Assembly (NCBI RefSeq): GCF_009834535.1
Contig: NC_045696.1
Coordinates: 9,426,001-9,490,000, forward strand
DNA length: 64,000 nt
Direction of reading: 5' to 3'
From: Camelus ferus
Taxonomy: Eukaryota
In this document: positions 1 through 12,108 of the stretch, piece by piece
Layout of the letters: the number at the start of each line of letters is the position of its first letter
Numbering within the stretch: position 1 is the first letter of the stretch
Position numbers and translations under genes: made by a program
Notes under the pieces: model-generated
Seen by the model: the letters and a program-made list of their open reading frames with translations, nothing else
Databases searched by the model: none
Told to the model about the DNA's origin: nothing

Positions 1-457
1 GACCCTTGTATTTGATAAAAGTGATAAATAGGGCATCACAGTAGGGGTTGCAAGGACAGGGGAGCACAGACCTTGACGGGGAGGGGTGAGGGAGGGGAAT
101 TTGATGATCCTTACTTGGACTCCTTCCCCTTGGAAGTTTTTGATGATTAATTCAACCATGAATGGAAAAGGAGGAGCTGAGCCAAGTCCTCAGCTCTGCT
201 CCTGGGAACTTCCTGGAAGACACTGGAGGGCACCCATCTTGTCATCTAAGAAGAGAGGGGACCGGAGTGGGGGACTTGGAGCAGGACTCAGTTACGAAGC
301 AGCTTGGGTGAGCCACACAAGAAATGCTGGGGTCCTGAACGAAGAGCCTGGAGGTGGAAGAGAGGTAAGTGGGTAAACTTAGCCGGGGTGGCAGGACGAT
401 TCAGCAGGAAGATTGGCTTGGGGACTGGGGTGGGGATGGGTCAGGTCGGGGAGCAGT

Positions 458-611
458 GGGGAGGGTGCAGCTCAGCAGGAGAGCACATGCTTAGCATGCG
501 CAAGGTACTCCATTAAAATAAATAAATAAATAAACCAACCTAATTAACCCTCCTCCCTAAAAACAAAGAAAGCAACAACAGGAAAGTAATAAATTTAAAA
601 AATAAAAAAAA
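458..611 (+). mobile_element. Camelid tRNA-derived SINE (vic-1-like), internally deleted
   Basis: ggggagggtgcagctcag...gagcacatgcttagcatgcgcaaggt head, then (taaa)n, cctaatt and an A-rich tail. Lacks the cctgggttcaatcccc B-box segment seen in the other three copies. Confidence 0.8.
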
Positions 612-861
612 TTGAAGGAGGTAGAGGGAGCAGTCTATGGGATTCCTGGCTTCCTCCCTGGTGACCAGGCAGATTGAACAGGACAGAGTGGGGTGAGCAG
701 ATTGGGTGAGAAAAGTGAAAACTCGCATTCTGGCCCTTTGAATGTGAAATGTTCTTTGGAGACTAGCCTATGTTTCTGACCCCACTGATAGGCTGGGAAG
801 GTGGAGAGGGCAGAACTCACATAAAGCCCAGGAAGCCCCACAGCCGGAAGCTCAGCCCTGG

Positions 862-864
<3 letters not shown>

Positions 865-901
<37 letters not shown>
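865..901 (+). repeat. (AG)18 microsatellite
   Basis: Read directly from the sequence. Confidence 0.95.
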
Positions 902-905
<4 letters not shown>

Positions 906-1020
906 CTAAGTGTAAGGAGCTGTCCTTGGTGGAGTCTTGCCCGTTCTGTGTAGTTGCCCTGCTGGTTCAAGGTCACTCACCGGAGTGAGTGAAAATGTTA
1001 GGATTTCTGTTTTATTGGTT

Positions 1021-1067
1021 GAGAGAGAGGAAAGAAAGAAAAAGAAAGAGAGAAAGAGAGAAAGAAA

Positions 1068-1130
<63 letters not shown>

Positions 1131-1257
1131 GGAGGGAGGGAGGGAGGGAGGAAGGAAGGAAGAAAGGAAGAGAGAGAGAAAGAGAGAGAGAAAGAGAGAA
1201 AGGAAGAAAGGAAGGAAGAGAGAAAGGAAGGAAGGAGGAGAGAAAGAAAAGAAAGAA
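1021..1257 (+). repeat. Compound purine-only microsatellite (GAAA/GA/GGGA/GGAA)
   Basis: 237 nt with no pyrimidine on the + strand. Confidence 0.95.
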
Positions 1258-2031
1258 TCATTTCCTGCCACTCTACTATGTGGGGTGACCCAGGTGCCCA
1301 CCCTCCCTGCTGGAGCCAGACTGGTGGGGTTGCACCAGGCACCCTGATGGGACATCTGGAGCTCCAGGTGATGTGGGTTGATGCCACTCCTCACATTTTC
1401 CTTGATTCCAGAATTTCGCTGTTATTGCAGGTCCCAAATACCCATTAGGAAAATTTACAGGTTATATTGTCTAGTTTTAAGCTAAATAAATCCTCAAGAA
1501 AATGGACAAGTGCCTTACGAAGCTGCCCACTAAACCATGGCATGAAGACACTTCTCAGGAAGCAAACAGAGGTGGACGGCAGGTAGGGGGAGGGCTGGCA
1601 CGTTTCCACTCCAGGTATGACCAACCACCAGCCCACTTATGAAGTCTGAGCCTTGGTGGAAGTTTTAAGTAAATAAATAAACAAACCTAACCCACCCCTT
1701 CAGGGTCAAGGGGACATTTCACAGCGAGTGAGCAAGTGACCGCTTTCTGCCAGAAACGTGTGGTAGGGTGAAAACACGGTGAAAACAGAAGTTTGGAAAG
1801 GTTTCTGTCATTAAGTGATTTTACTGCCAACAAATGATGTGTGAATCTATAAAAGCTCTCATATCTCACACTTTATAACTGGAGACACCATTCTCTAACC
1901 TGTTAAAAAGCTTCCAAGTGATCCCCTGGATTTTAAAACCCATTTGTGAAGCACATAAAAACAAGTAACTTGCAATTAATTTGCAAGAACCATTTACCAA
2001 CATCACGGAGCATGGAAATGTACTAACTGCG

Positions 2032-2041
2032 TAATAATAAT

Positions 2042-2090
<49 letters not shown>
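2032..2090 (+). repeat. (AAT)n microsatellite with one interruption
   Basis: Read directly from the sequence. Confidence 0.95.
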
Positions 2091-2091
<1 letters not shown>

Positions 2092-4529
2092 ACCTTTGCA
2101 TATTTGGCAGGTGGGGTTGAAAAATGAGTACTCTGATTTAATAAGCAGAGTGCACAACACTCACTATGATTTTCCAAAAGAATGAAGCGTATTTAATCAC
2201 ATCACTCTCACTAAGACACTGTCAAAAGTAATTCAGAGGAACAGAAGGTTTTTGAGAAAACAGAGTATTTTTGATTGCTGATAGAAAAAGACTTTGCCTT
2301 CCTTGATCTTCCAAGCTAGAGATGATAATAAAAACACAGGAAACATTTAAATTTGTGTTTATTTCTCTATTCTTATACTTTAAAAATTCCTGTTTCTGTG
2401 TACATTTTTAATGTGTATTGCATATTATGAAGAGCTGGGGAGACAGGTAATTCACAGATAAATATTTTAAAGTGTATATAATAATACACACATCTTAGTA
2501 ATATGTTATTACATACATGACCTGCATGTATTTCTATACGCCCCTTATGATGGGTGAACATATATTCATATACCATGTTATATACAGTGTATATTATATT
2601 ATTGATTGTAATCATTTTGTAGTATATGTTACATTATGTTATGCATATTGTACATAAATATCATATTTGTTTATATTTGATAATGCATATGTATATGTTG
2701 TAATCACATACATGGATTTATGTCTTGTAATTTACGTATGTTATACTCTTACTGCATAAGAGTGTATGTGGAATCCTCCACCATGTCCCTAGTCCATTCA
2801 CTCTCCCTCATTCCTGGGGGACTTCTTCACATTTTCTTAATCTGCCTTAAACTCTTGACGTCGTGTTCCTCATCCTCCCCCTCAGCTGATGGTGTTGCTT
2901 CCTATTTCACCACGGAGATCATACCACTGCAGGGAACTTTCGCCATCCCTGCCCCGCTGTCACCTCACCCCTGCCACCAACACCTGTGCCCAGCTTGCTA
3001 CCTTCTTTTTATGGTGACAATGAATGGATGCCAGTCTTCCAGCTGGGGCCCGCCTCTCCACTCATGCACCAGGTGCCCTCCCCTCCTACCTGCACAGAGA
3101 TGGCTCCAGAAACCCTCTAGCCCCACCTGGTCATCATCAAGTTTCCCTGTCTACTGGGTCATTGCCATCAGTATACAAACCTGGTGTTTCTTCTACCATC
3201 TGTAAACAACCCCCACCAAAATAAAAAATTCCCCTTACTTTTACTTCTCCCAGACACAGCTGTCACTTTAGCCTTGCTCCAGGTGAGCTCATGAGCACTA
3301 AGTCACGTTATGCAACACACCAGGCACTGTTCGGTGTCACAGGCAAATAAGATGTGGCTCCTACACTACAGGGTAAAACCAGAGAAGGAACCCATCACAG
3401 TGGTTAGAAACCATCCCTGAAGGAGGACACTGGGAGAGGCACCAATGATGTCCCACCCCGGCCCCTGAAGGGAAGTCTCTCGTATTGGAACAAGACAAAG
3501 ACATCAGCTGGATCTCAGGACGGGTTAGCCCAGCACACAGGTGGCTTCCAGGGACAGACTGTCAATGGACTGGGTATGAAGAGGGACAAGTCATTGACGT
3601 ACCATCCATCTTGCAATCTAAAGAAGAACTAAAAACAATCATAATAGCTTACTGGTCCCTAGACCTAGCCCCTGCCCTGGTATTCTTGCCCGAGCAGCTG
3701 GCCAGAGGGAAGGTCTATCTACCTGGCTTCCCTTTGTTAAGACTTTAACACAGAAGAGAAGGGGCTCTCCAAGTGGAATATCCAGAACCAAGAGTAAAAT
3801 GATAATCCTTCCATTCTGAACCCCTCCTCTGAGCCAGGCAGAGGCTGGACAAGGTTTCTACACAACACTTCTAAAAGGAAGCTATTTGCATCACTTATCC
3901 ATACAAGAGGATTTGAAGACTCCAAGAGGTCAAGTGACTTCCCCAAGGCCACAGAGATAATAAATAAGGGACAGAACTGGAATATAGACCAGCTCTACCT
4001 GGGTTTTGGCGCTACACAGGAGATTGTGTGAGACTATTATAGGAGTGATCATTGTAGCTCAAAACAAAGAGAGATATTTTGGACAATGACCACTCACTGA
4101 AAAAGCTCGGGCTCTGAACTTTCAGGAGCAGACATCCATTTGCTTATGTGCCCATCCCCTATCTCTGATGGCCTTACGATGGCCCAAAATGACAGCCTGG
4201 CTTCTAGGCAGCTGTTGAGGTCCATTTCTGGGACCTTCCTGAGCTGCCTGGCTGCATTCCTGCCTTTGGCTACCACGAGATGCCCACATCCTTAATGTAA
4301 ACTAGCTCCAGGGATTTTGGTTACTTGCAAGCAGAAGAATCTTAACTCACATAAAAGCCACGCAAGTATTAGCAGTTTTGAAAGAGGGCTTAGAGTAATG
4401 TAAAAGTCAGGGAATTTCCTTTCTAAACTTGGAAAGGCAAAGTAACCAAATTCCAATACTTCCCCCCAAACCTAATTTATAACTCTGGCTTTCTGATTTA
4501 AAAAGCACCAGAAGACTGTTAGAAATAAC

Positions 4530-4615
4530 AGGGGGGTTTAGGGGATTAAGAGGTATAAACTATTATGTGTAAAATAAGCTACAAGGACATATTGTACAAC
4601 ACAGGGACTATAAAC
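4530..4615 (+). mobile_element. L1 3'UTR fragment
   Basis: gattaagaggtataaactattatgtgtaaaataagctacaaggacatattgtacaacacaggga resembles a mammalian L1 3'UTR. Confidence 0.6.
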
Positions 4616-6877
4616 AAAGATAAAAAATTACCAAGGATTTTTAAGAAGGGATTTTAAGAATGAACCTTGAGTAGGGAAAAATATCCCTCTTTCTAAAACC
4701 AACCAAAACAACAACAACATAGCATTTATTTTCATTCATTTCACAGGAGGTAATGAAATAGAAACTTTCAGTTGGCTTATTTAAAGGGTTTACTTGTCTG
4801 AGCAGACTTTGGAAAAGTTCATTCTTTCTAAAAGCAAACACTTAGAAAGCTGGCTATTTGCTTCTATCTTGAATATGTGCCTAAATGTCTATAATTTCCC
4901 AGAATGTGCGGAAATGCGTTTGGTTTATTTCAAAAGCCTACTGCACACAGCCCCCTTCAATTTCCAGAACAAAATAGGAAGCTATGGAAAAGTACTCTAC
5001 AGTGAAACTTTCCCACCTGGCAAATGAGTAGGCTGGTTTATCTGCGCACAGGCATGTTTGCATAACCGGGTTGCATCAGATATGAGACAGACAAGTGCTG
5101 AGAACAAAAATAACCAAATGTGGTGTTCTGAGTGCCTCTCCGCCTTCTGTATTAGGAAATTACCGTGGCCGACTAGAAGGAAGTGTTGGGACGAAAATGA
5201 ATGGGAGGTGGTAGGATGCAGTAATTAAACTGTGTGCCCTTTTCCCCATTAAAAAAAAAAAAAGGAATCACTGAGAGCAGCTCTTTATCCATGTTGGTTC
5301 CTTTCCCTTCCGGGATTTCGATCAAGTCCTCTCCTTTGAACCAGTGAGGAGGGAAAGTTCTTGAGTTAGATGCCAAAACAGGAAGCAGGGATCAATCTTA
5401 GATCCCAATGCCACAGCTCGAAAAAAGAAGGACAATGAGCAATGCCCAAAGGATGCTTCTAGAATTTTCTACTGATTTTATGGTGAAATGGCTCTCAAAA
5501 TATTACCCTCAAGTTTAATTGATTTCATCCTTAGAAATAAATGTCTGCATTCATACTTCAGCAGCACGTTTTGCTTAGTTTCTACCTGTGTTGTTGACAG
5601 CTCACATTTTCTGCTTCTTCCCCCTTGGAAGAGACCATTGATGTTGATGTTAATTGTGTGTCAGTGAAGGCATAGGGCACAGCATCCACCTTTCTTAGAG
5701 ATGCAAGTTACTATAAAATTCTATTTTCTAGATGGAGAGAACCATGTGACATTTTATTACTAAAGATGTCACCTGCGATAGGGCAAGAAAGGGGCACTCA
5801 GACGTGGAAGGCATGACACTTACCCTATTTATTGAGAGCTTCCATCATCTCACTCTGCTATATTGACAGCTCTCTACCTCCGGAGAGGCAGGCCCAGTGC
5901 TGGCCCTGGGGCTGTGAGAGTGTGTCCGTGGGGCTGGCTGTGCTGGGGTAACTTGCGCTCTTCCTGGGATCATCCATCACTCTGGACCACAAGCACCACT
6001 ACTGACTTTCTGCTCTCGATCTCCTCACCTCTCTCTTTCCCCTTCTGTTTCTCTGCTTTATTTTCCCTCTCTACTTTCTCCACCATTTTTTTTTTTTTTT
6101 TGGTTCCTTCCCTTTCTCTGTTTCCATTAGTCCCAAAGAGCAGAGGCAGCTCCAGAACGAAACCAGGGGTGATGTCCTGCTTTGTCATGTGCTACGTGTT
6201 TGCTTGTGGGAAGGCCATTCAATTCCTTTGAGCTTCGGTTCTAAGAATCTGGAGTAATAATGTTTGTGTGGCTAGTTTATGTGTACTCCCACATACTATT
6301 TAAGAGCTGGTATTATGATTGGAGAGGTACAAACAGATACATGACACCCTCTTTACTTTCCTGCCTGGAGTGGGAGAGGAGAGAGAGAAAGGTGGGGATC
6401 CAAAGTCACTGAAGGGACGTGCGACGCCGCCTCTCAGTGAGGACTCATTGCGTTCCAAAGTCAGTGACAGGTAACTTTGTCTTCACCACTTGCTTGAGGT
6501 GGACCTTGTGCTTTCCTCTCTTAGCTCAGTGACCAGCCGGCCGGGATGCCCCGGTCTGTGTCCACTACAGACACAGTGGACTACAGGCTTCTGTTTCACC
6601 AGGGCTTTCTTTCCTCTCACAGGCTTTGTCCACCAGGTCCATTCTGCTCTCCGTCAGTGGTTTAGGGAAACCCAGGACTGAAAGAGCTTACTCTCCTAAG
6701 GGTGATGATGACACAGACCTGCCCAGCAACAGATTAGCTGGGCGTCGCTTTTCAAAACTGGCGGCTCATTCTCTTTGTTACCTTTTTGAGAATATCTGGC
6801 TGAGCTGACAGTTTTTGACTCTAACATCACTCACTCCACCACACTTTATCTAACCCCTCGTGGCTTTTATCGCATTC

Positions 6878-7550
6878 TCTTTTTTTGTAAATACGGGCTT
6901 CACTGAGATACAATTCACATACCATAGAATTCACCCTTTAAAGTGCAATTCAGTGACTTGTAGTATATCCATGGCATTGTGTAAACATCACTGCAATCCA
7001 ATTTTAGAACATTTTCTTCACCCTCTAAAGAAACCCCATATCCTTTAGCAGTTACTCCCTTCCCCTTCCCTTCTCTCTCAGCCCCTGGTCACCACTATCT
7101 GCTTTCTGTCTCTAGGAATTTGCCTACTCTGGACACCTCCTACTAATGGAAACATACAACATGTGGCCTTTTGTGACTGGCTTCTTTCACTTACAATTGT
7201 GTTGTCACGGTTCATCCATGTTATAACATGTATCCGTACTTCATTCCTTTTTATGGCTGAAAAGTGATCCATTGTATGGATATACATCTGGTTTACACAT
7301 TCATCCGTTGCTGAACCTTTGGGTTATTTCTACTCTTTGGCTATTGTGTATAATGACTCTATGAACCCTCCTATATAGATTTTTGTGTGGACATATGCTT
7401 TGATTTCTCTAGGGTCTATTCCCAGGAGAGGAATTGCTGAGTCATGTGACAACCCTATGTTTAACTTTTTGAAAAACTGCCAAACTTTTTCTAAAGTGGC
7501 TGCACCGTTTTACATTCTCACCATGTGTGATGGCTCCAATTTCTCAAGAT
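6878..7550 (-). mobile_element. Old L1 (L1MB-like) 3' fragment
   Basis: The minus ORF 7078-7287 resembles the L1 ORF2 C-terminus (YIHTM..FSAIKRNEV.IH..TWMN). Typical 3' end gagatacaattcacataccata...aagtgcaattcagtg. Confidence 0.85.
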
Positions 7551-8379
7551 CGTGACATCACATTCTATGTTATGAGTTATCTCTGCACACATATTATCTT
7601 TGCACACATATTACTTCTCTCCTTGGATTTAAACTCCTAGAAGGCACAAACTGCACTGAGATGTCATAACAGCAACCACGGCACTCGGCAGGTTCTGAGT
7701 AAATCTCAGCTGTTAGTTGGATAAACTTTTTATTATAATCACTTACAGTTCCTAACTAGAGGGTAAGCTTACTTTAGGAGAAAATGCAGGTTTAATTTCA
7801 CATCTTCCAAAAAAGTCTACACATAAACAGCCCTTCCATTTACTGGTCCTTTACTGGATTCTTACCATATATGACATTTAGGTTACTTGTCCAAGTAATT
7901 AACAGCAAAGCTGAAATTCAGACTCAGGTTTTCACTGAACCTCATTGCCCTTTCCGTCTATAAACTCCCCAAAGGAAAGGACCAAGGTTTCACTTGTTAT
8001 TTCCCATTGTACACAGTACATCGCGGTAATTCAAAATAGCGTGTCTGATTATATAAATTTTGAGCAGTGATATAATGACTAATAAGCTAAAATCTAACAG
8101 TAAGGTATCGTTACCATGGTCTAGTTCAATTCCCTAATGCGGCTATATCTGACTATATACGGTAAGCATCTAACTACTTGCAAAGGACCACGGAACCATA
8201 GCCAGGACTATATCTCACTTAAATCCCCCAAAGTTGGCCTGTGTGCCTCAAAACGTCATCGCGTGGGAACCACAGAGGCGCTGCCTTTACAGCTGTTATC
8301 TCTGCGCCCAAGACACTGCCCGGCGCCATTCAGCTGGCATCCGCTGTCAGAAAAGCGGAACTGGCTGGAGACCTTTGCC

Positions 8380-9330
8380 CCTAACCAACATGGCCGCCCT
8401 GAGGCTTCAGGCTGAGGGCGGCAGAATGAGGATCACGTGAAAGAATCCTGCGCCTCTACTGGCTTTCTCTCCTGGACGGGCGGGGGACAATGACCCCCAT
8501 GGGACCGGCCTTAAAGGGCCCTTGGCTAAATCCGCCAGAGCTCCGCCCTCGCGGAACAGCGGCGGGCGGGGCTGGCGCGCCGAGGCCGCGTCTCCGGGAA
8601 CCCTGGTGACCGCCGCCGGCTGCGACGCGAGCCCGAGGAGGTTAACTCACAAGCCGGCCGACGGGAGAGCGCGAGGATCCCGCGCGAGCCCGGCGCAGCC
8701 GGCGGGGGCGCACGGGTGCGGGCGCCGGGATGGAGGACGGTGTGGCCGGGACCCGGTTCGGGACGGCGGCTGAGGCGGCCGAGGCGCGAGCGCCGCCCGG
8801 GGTGACGCTGCGGCCCTTGGCGCCGTTCTCAGGGGCGGCCGAGGCTGACGAGGGCGGCGGCGACTGGAGCTTCATTGACTGCGAGATGGAGGAGGTGGAC
8901 CTGCAGGACCTGCCCAGCGCTACCATCGCCTGTCACCTGGACCCGCGCGTGTTCGTGGACGGCCTGTGCCGGGTGAGGGCCGGGCGGGGCGGGCCGCCGG
9001 GCGGAGGGCGGACACTTGTTGCCGGGAGGACGCAGCGCCGAGATCCCGGCCGGCCCGGGGCAGCCTCTCCCTGCCCGGGCCGCCGGCGGGGCGGGGAGGC
9101 GACCCCCGGGGCCGCGGCGACGTCCTGGGCCGCCCTGCCTCGGTCCTCTATGTCTCGGCTGGGGTGGGGGCACGCTCCCCGAGGTCCGGGTCCCCTGAGC
9201 ACCTGCCGGGCCGCGCGTACAGCCCGCCCAGGGGGTTTTCAGAGGCTCGCCTTTCCAGCTGGTAACCGCCTCCCAGCGACTCCCCTGCCCTAGGTGTTAG
9301 CTGGGGTGGGGAAGAGGGGGCGACGTAGGA
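8380..9330 (+). promoter_or_regulatory. RCAN1: CpG island / RCAN1 exon-1 promoter
   Basis: Very GC- and CpG-rich compared with the CpG-depleted flanks. GC boxes (GGGCGGGG near 8478, GGCGGGCGGGGC near 8561) lie upstream of the ATG. Boundaries estimated by eye. Confidence 0.9.
8730..8972 (+). CDS. RCAN1: RCAN1 (calcipressin-1/DSCR1) coding exon 1, isoform RCAN1-1; partial CDS of 81 aa with the remaining exons beyond the window
   Basis: Translates MEDGVAGTRFGTAAEAAEARAPPGVTLRPLAPFSGAAEADEGGGDWSFIDCEMEEVDLQDLPSATIACHLDPRVFVDGLCR, recognisable as the RCAN1-1L N-terminus. ATG 8730 is in gggATGG context. A second in-frame ATG at 8886 (gagATGG, MEEVDL...) matches the short form start. Phase-0 donor CGG|GTGAGG at 8972/8973. 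Lies inside a CpG island. Confidence 0.96.
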
Positions 9331-10389
9331 GGAGACAATCAAGGGATGAATTAGCTCCTGTAATTAGCTCCTTGGAGCTCGTACTGTCAGCGTGGGGGCT
9401 TGGGCCGTGACAGGCACTTACTCATCTCAAAAGGGGGTCGCCTCATTCACAGGGAGAGGGAAACAGACGTTGATTGGCGACGTGACTTACTGTTCATAAA
9501 TAGGACCGCGTCTCCGCATTCTCAATCTGCACAACTGGAAGAAAAGCCAATGTTTGGGTGAGGATCCGCGGTTGTTCATTATCCAGCTCTTGGCCAGTTT
9601 TGGTCGAATGGTGTTGCGGGGGAAGGGGCCCACTTTCTCGGCCTTTAGGATATTTAGTCAGGAATCTTGCTCCGTGATGGGCGACATGCCACCATAAGGG
9701 ACACTCAATACATGGTGAGTTGATTTCCCCCACCCAAATTCGCACAGTTTAGACGCTTTGGAGGGTGAGGGGGCAGGTATGAGTAATCAGCTGTGGTGAG
9801 GAGGAGGAATTTATTTCAAATCTGCAAATGTGTGCAGAATAAAATTTGGACAATGTGGGCAGTGCAGAATAAAGCCTGTCTTTGAGAGATATGGCCCATT
9901 TAGGAGAGCAGCTGTCAAAGAAAGTGATGCTTTCGGTGCTTGGCTGAGTCTCCATGTACTGTCAATGAACTGTAGCTGAAGGCGGCTGCCAAGAGGAACA
10001 CCACTGTGGAACAGAGAATGGTGTGCCTGAGTCCCATTTATTTATAATTTATATGCTCATCCACTTTCAGAAAGGATTTACAGCGGCTGTGCTCTCAGAT
10101 AATCGTCTATGTGTGCTTTCTAAAGCAACAATTGGCACACATACAGGGCCTCACTCATTCTACTCTAAAACCTTTTGTCTTCTTGAGGCTTAGGTCTAGC
10201 AGCATATCAAGTCTCTTTCTTAAGGGTCCTGGGTTGTCATTCTAAAGGAGCAAGATGAGATCATGTAAGATGCAGCTTATTCGCTTGGGTGTCTAGCAAT
10301 TCGTAGGTTTACAGTTTCCCCAGTAACTCTTGGGGACCATCCTGAAATTGCTTTGTATAAAATCTCACCCACTTTGCTAGCTATTCTTT

Positions 10390-10880
10390 TGCCAAATGTA
10401 TATTGAGATTCTGCTATGAGCCAGGCACTGTTCTAGGCTCTGAGGGCGCAGCGGTGAATAAAATAGCATCCCTGCCTTCAGGGCCGGCATTTTTGTTGTG
10501 GGAAACAGACAGTAAGCAAATACATGTCAATTATGTCAGGAGGTGATGTGCTATAGGAAAAAGTTAGACTGAGAAGATGGAGAGGTGGGGGGAGATGGCT
10601 GTTTTACATAAAATGATCAGGGAACAGCTCACTCACAAGGTGCTATATTGAGCAGAGACAATGTGTTGATGTTCATTCACTCATTATTCTTTTATTCTTC
10701 TGTTGTTTATCGAATGCTTACTACGTTCCAAGTACTGTTTTAGGCCTAGTGGATAGAGTGGTGAATATGGTGAGCTTCCTGGATAGACAATAAAAAAGGA
10801 AGTGAACAGGTGATTTCAGGTGGTGATCGGTGCAGGGACAACATACACAGGGTGATGTTTCAGAGAGCGACAAGGAGAGG
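10390..10880 (-). mobile_element. L2 fragments
   Basis: tattgag...tgagccaggcactgttctaggc and gtttatcgaatgcttactacgttccaagtactgttttaggc are L2 3'-end motifs in reverse. Confidence 0.6.
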
Positions 10881-12108
10881 GCAGGGTCTGGGTTGTATCA
10901 GTCACAGCCTAACAGGGACACTCTGGTGGTTCAGGAGGTTTTAATGAAGAACTGGTTAGTTGGGGCAGGACTGAGGGAGTCAGCGAGGAGTGTTGGGTGG
11001 CAGGGAGGAAGTCATGTCGCTGGCACCCTAGCAGAGGAGCCTCCTGGCAGAGCTACGGACACGAAGGTCTGGAATTGAGATGGTGAAGCAGGAAGTAGCA
11101 GGGAAGAAATACCCCCACTTGCCCCAGTTTTCTCATCTGAGTGGCAGAACCCAGCTGGCAGCCAGGAGGCAAGGGAGCCCAAGCAATACAGCCCGTGGGT
11201 GGGTCAGCCTTCCAGGGCCCAGGGCAGGTGGAGGGGGCAGAGAAGGGCCCTGGGAGCATTGCAGGCCAAGAGGACATGCAGATGGGGTCAGCACATGGCC
11301 ACTTTAGATGGGGTGGCCCTGGGAGGCCGCTCTGCACAGCGTGGGCTTGGCTGACAGGGAGAAGCTCCTGGTGTAGTTGTAGTGTGTCTGGCATCCAGGT
11401 AGAGGGAACAGCAAATACCGAAGTTCCAAAGCAGGGATGAATGGAGTGTGTTCAGAGGACACAGGGAGGGCAGTGGTGGTGGCCCAGGTTGGAGGTATCC
11501 AGGGAATGGTTTCCATGGGGGCCTGGGAGGCGATGGCAGAGATTCGGATGTTATTCTGCTTGCAGAGCTAGCTGGAGAATGTCTTGGAGAAGGAGGTTGG
11601 GTGGGCAGGAGAGGAAGCAAGGAGGCCCCTTAAGAGGCTCTTGACTCCCGTGGTGGGGGCGCCAGGCAGGTGTCTGCACTGGGACAGTGGTGTTGCAGGT
11701 GAAGCAGGGCCTGTCCTCACCTTTCGGGGGACCAGAGCCTCAGAATGTGGGCTGGGGAGCTCTGAGCCTTGGGTGCCCATCCACAGAGTCCCGGAGACCA
11801 TTGGTAAGCCTTCCAGTAGAAACATAGTTCCTCATTTAGCTAAAACCATCTCTCTAGGTGGGAAGATGTGACTCCTGAGATTTCAGTCTGACAGCCTTAT
11901 TATTTTGAAAGCCCTGTTTCCTTAAAGCTGGGGTGTCACCTTTGGACGGTGTGATGAAACTGTGATTCCACTTCAGATCAGGGGTGTCTGACCCTTGAGT
12001 AAGTGGACCATTAACTGCATTGCCAACAGAAGTCCCTGTGCTGGTGGCCTGGGCCATCCCTCTCTTTAACCAGTCTGTTGAGGGGGACGTCCCCTGAGTG
12101 AGTGATGG

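Noticed and set aside
906..1394. Long ORFs rich in K/E/R or S/L/F on both strands
   Set aside because: They are translations of the purine microsatellite.
2440..2770. AT-rich TA/TG low-complexity stretch with ORFs
   Set aside because: Degenerate simple repeat with no coding signal.
8730..9293. 187-aa ORF as a complete protein
   Set aside because: RCAN1 similarity stops at GLCR (8972), exactly at a GT donor. The rest is GC-rich intron read-through, and the overlapping ORFs on both strands reflect stop-codon scarcity in the CpG island.
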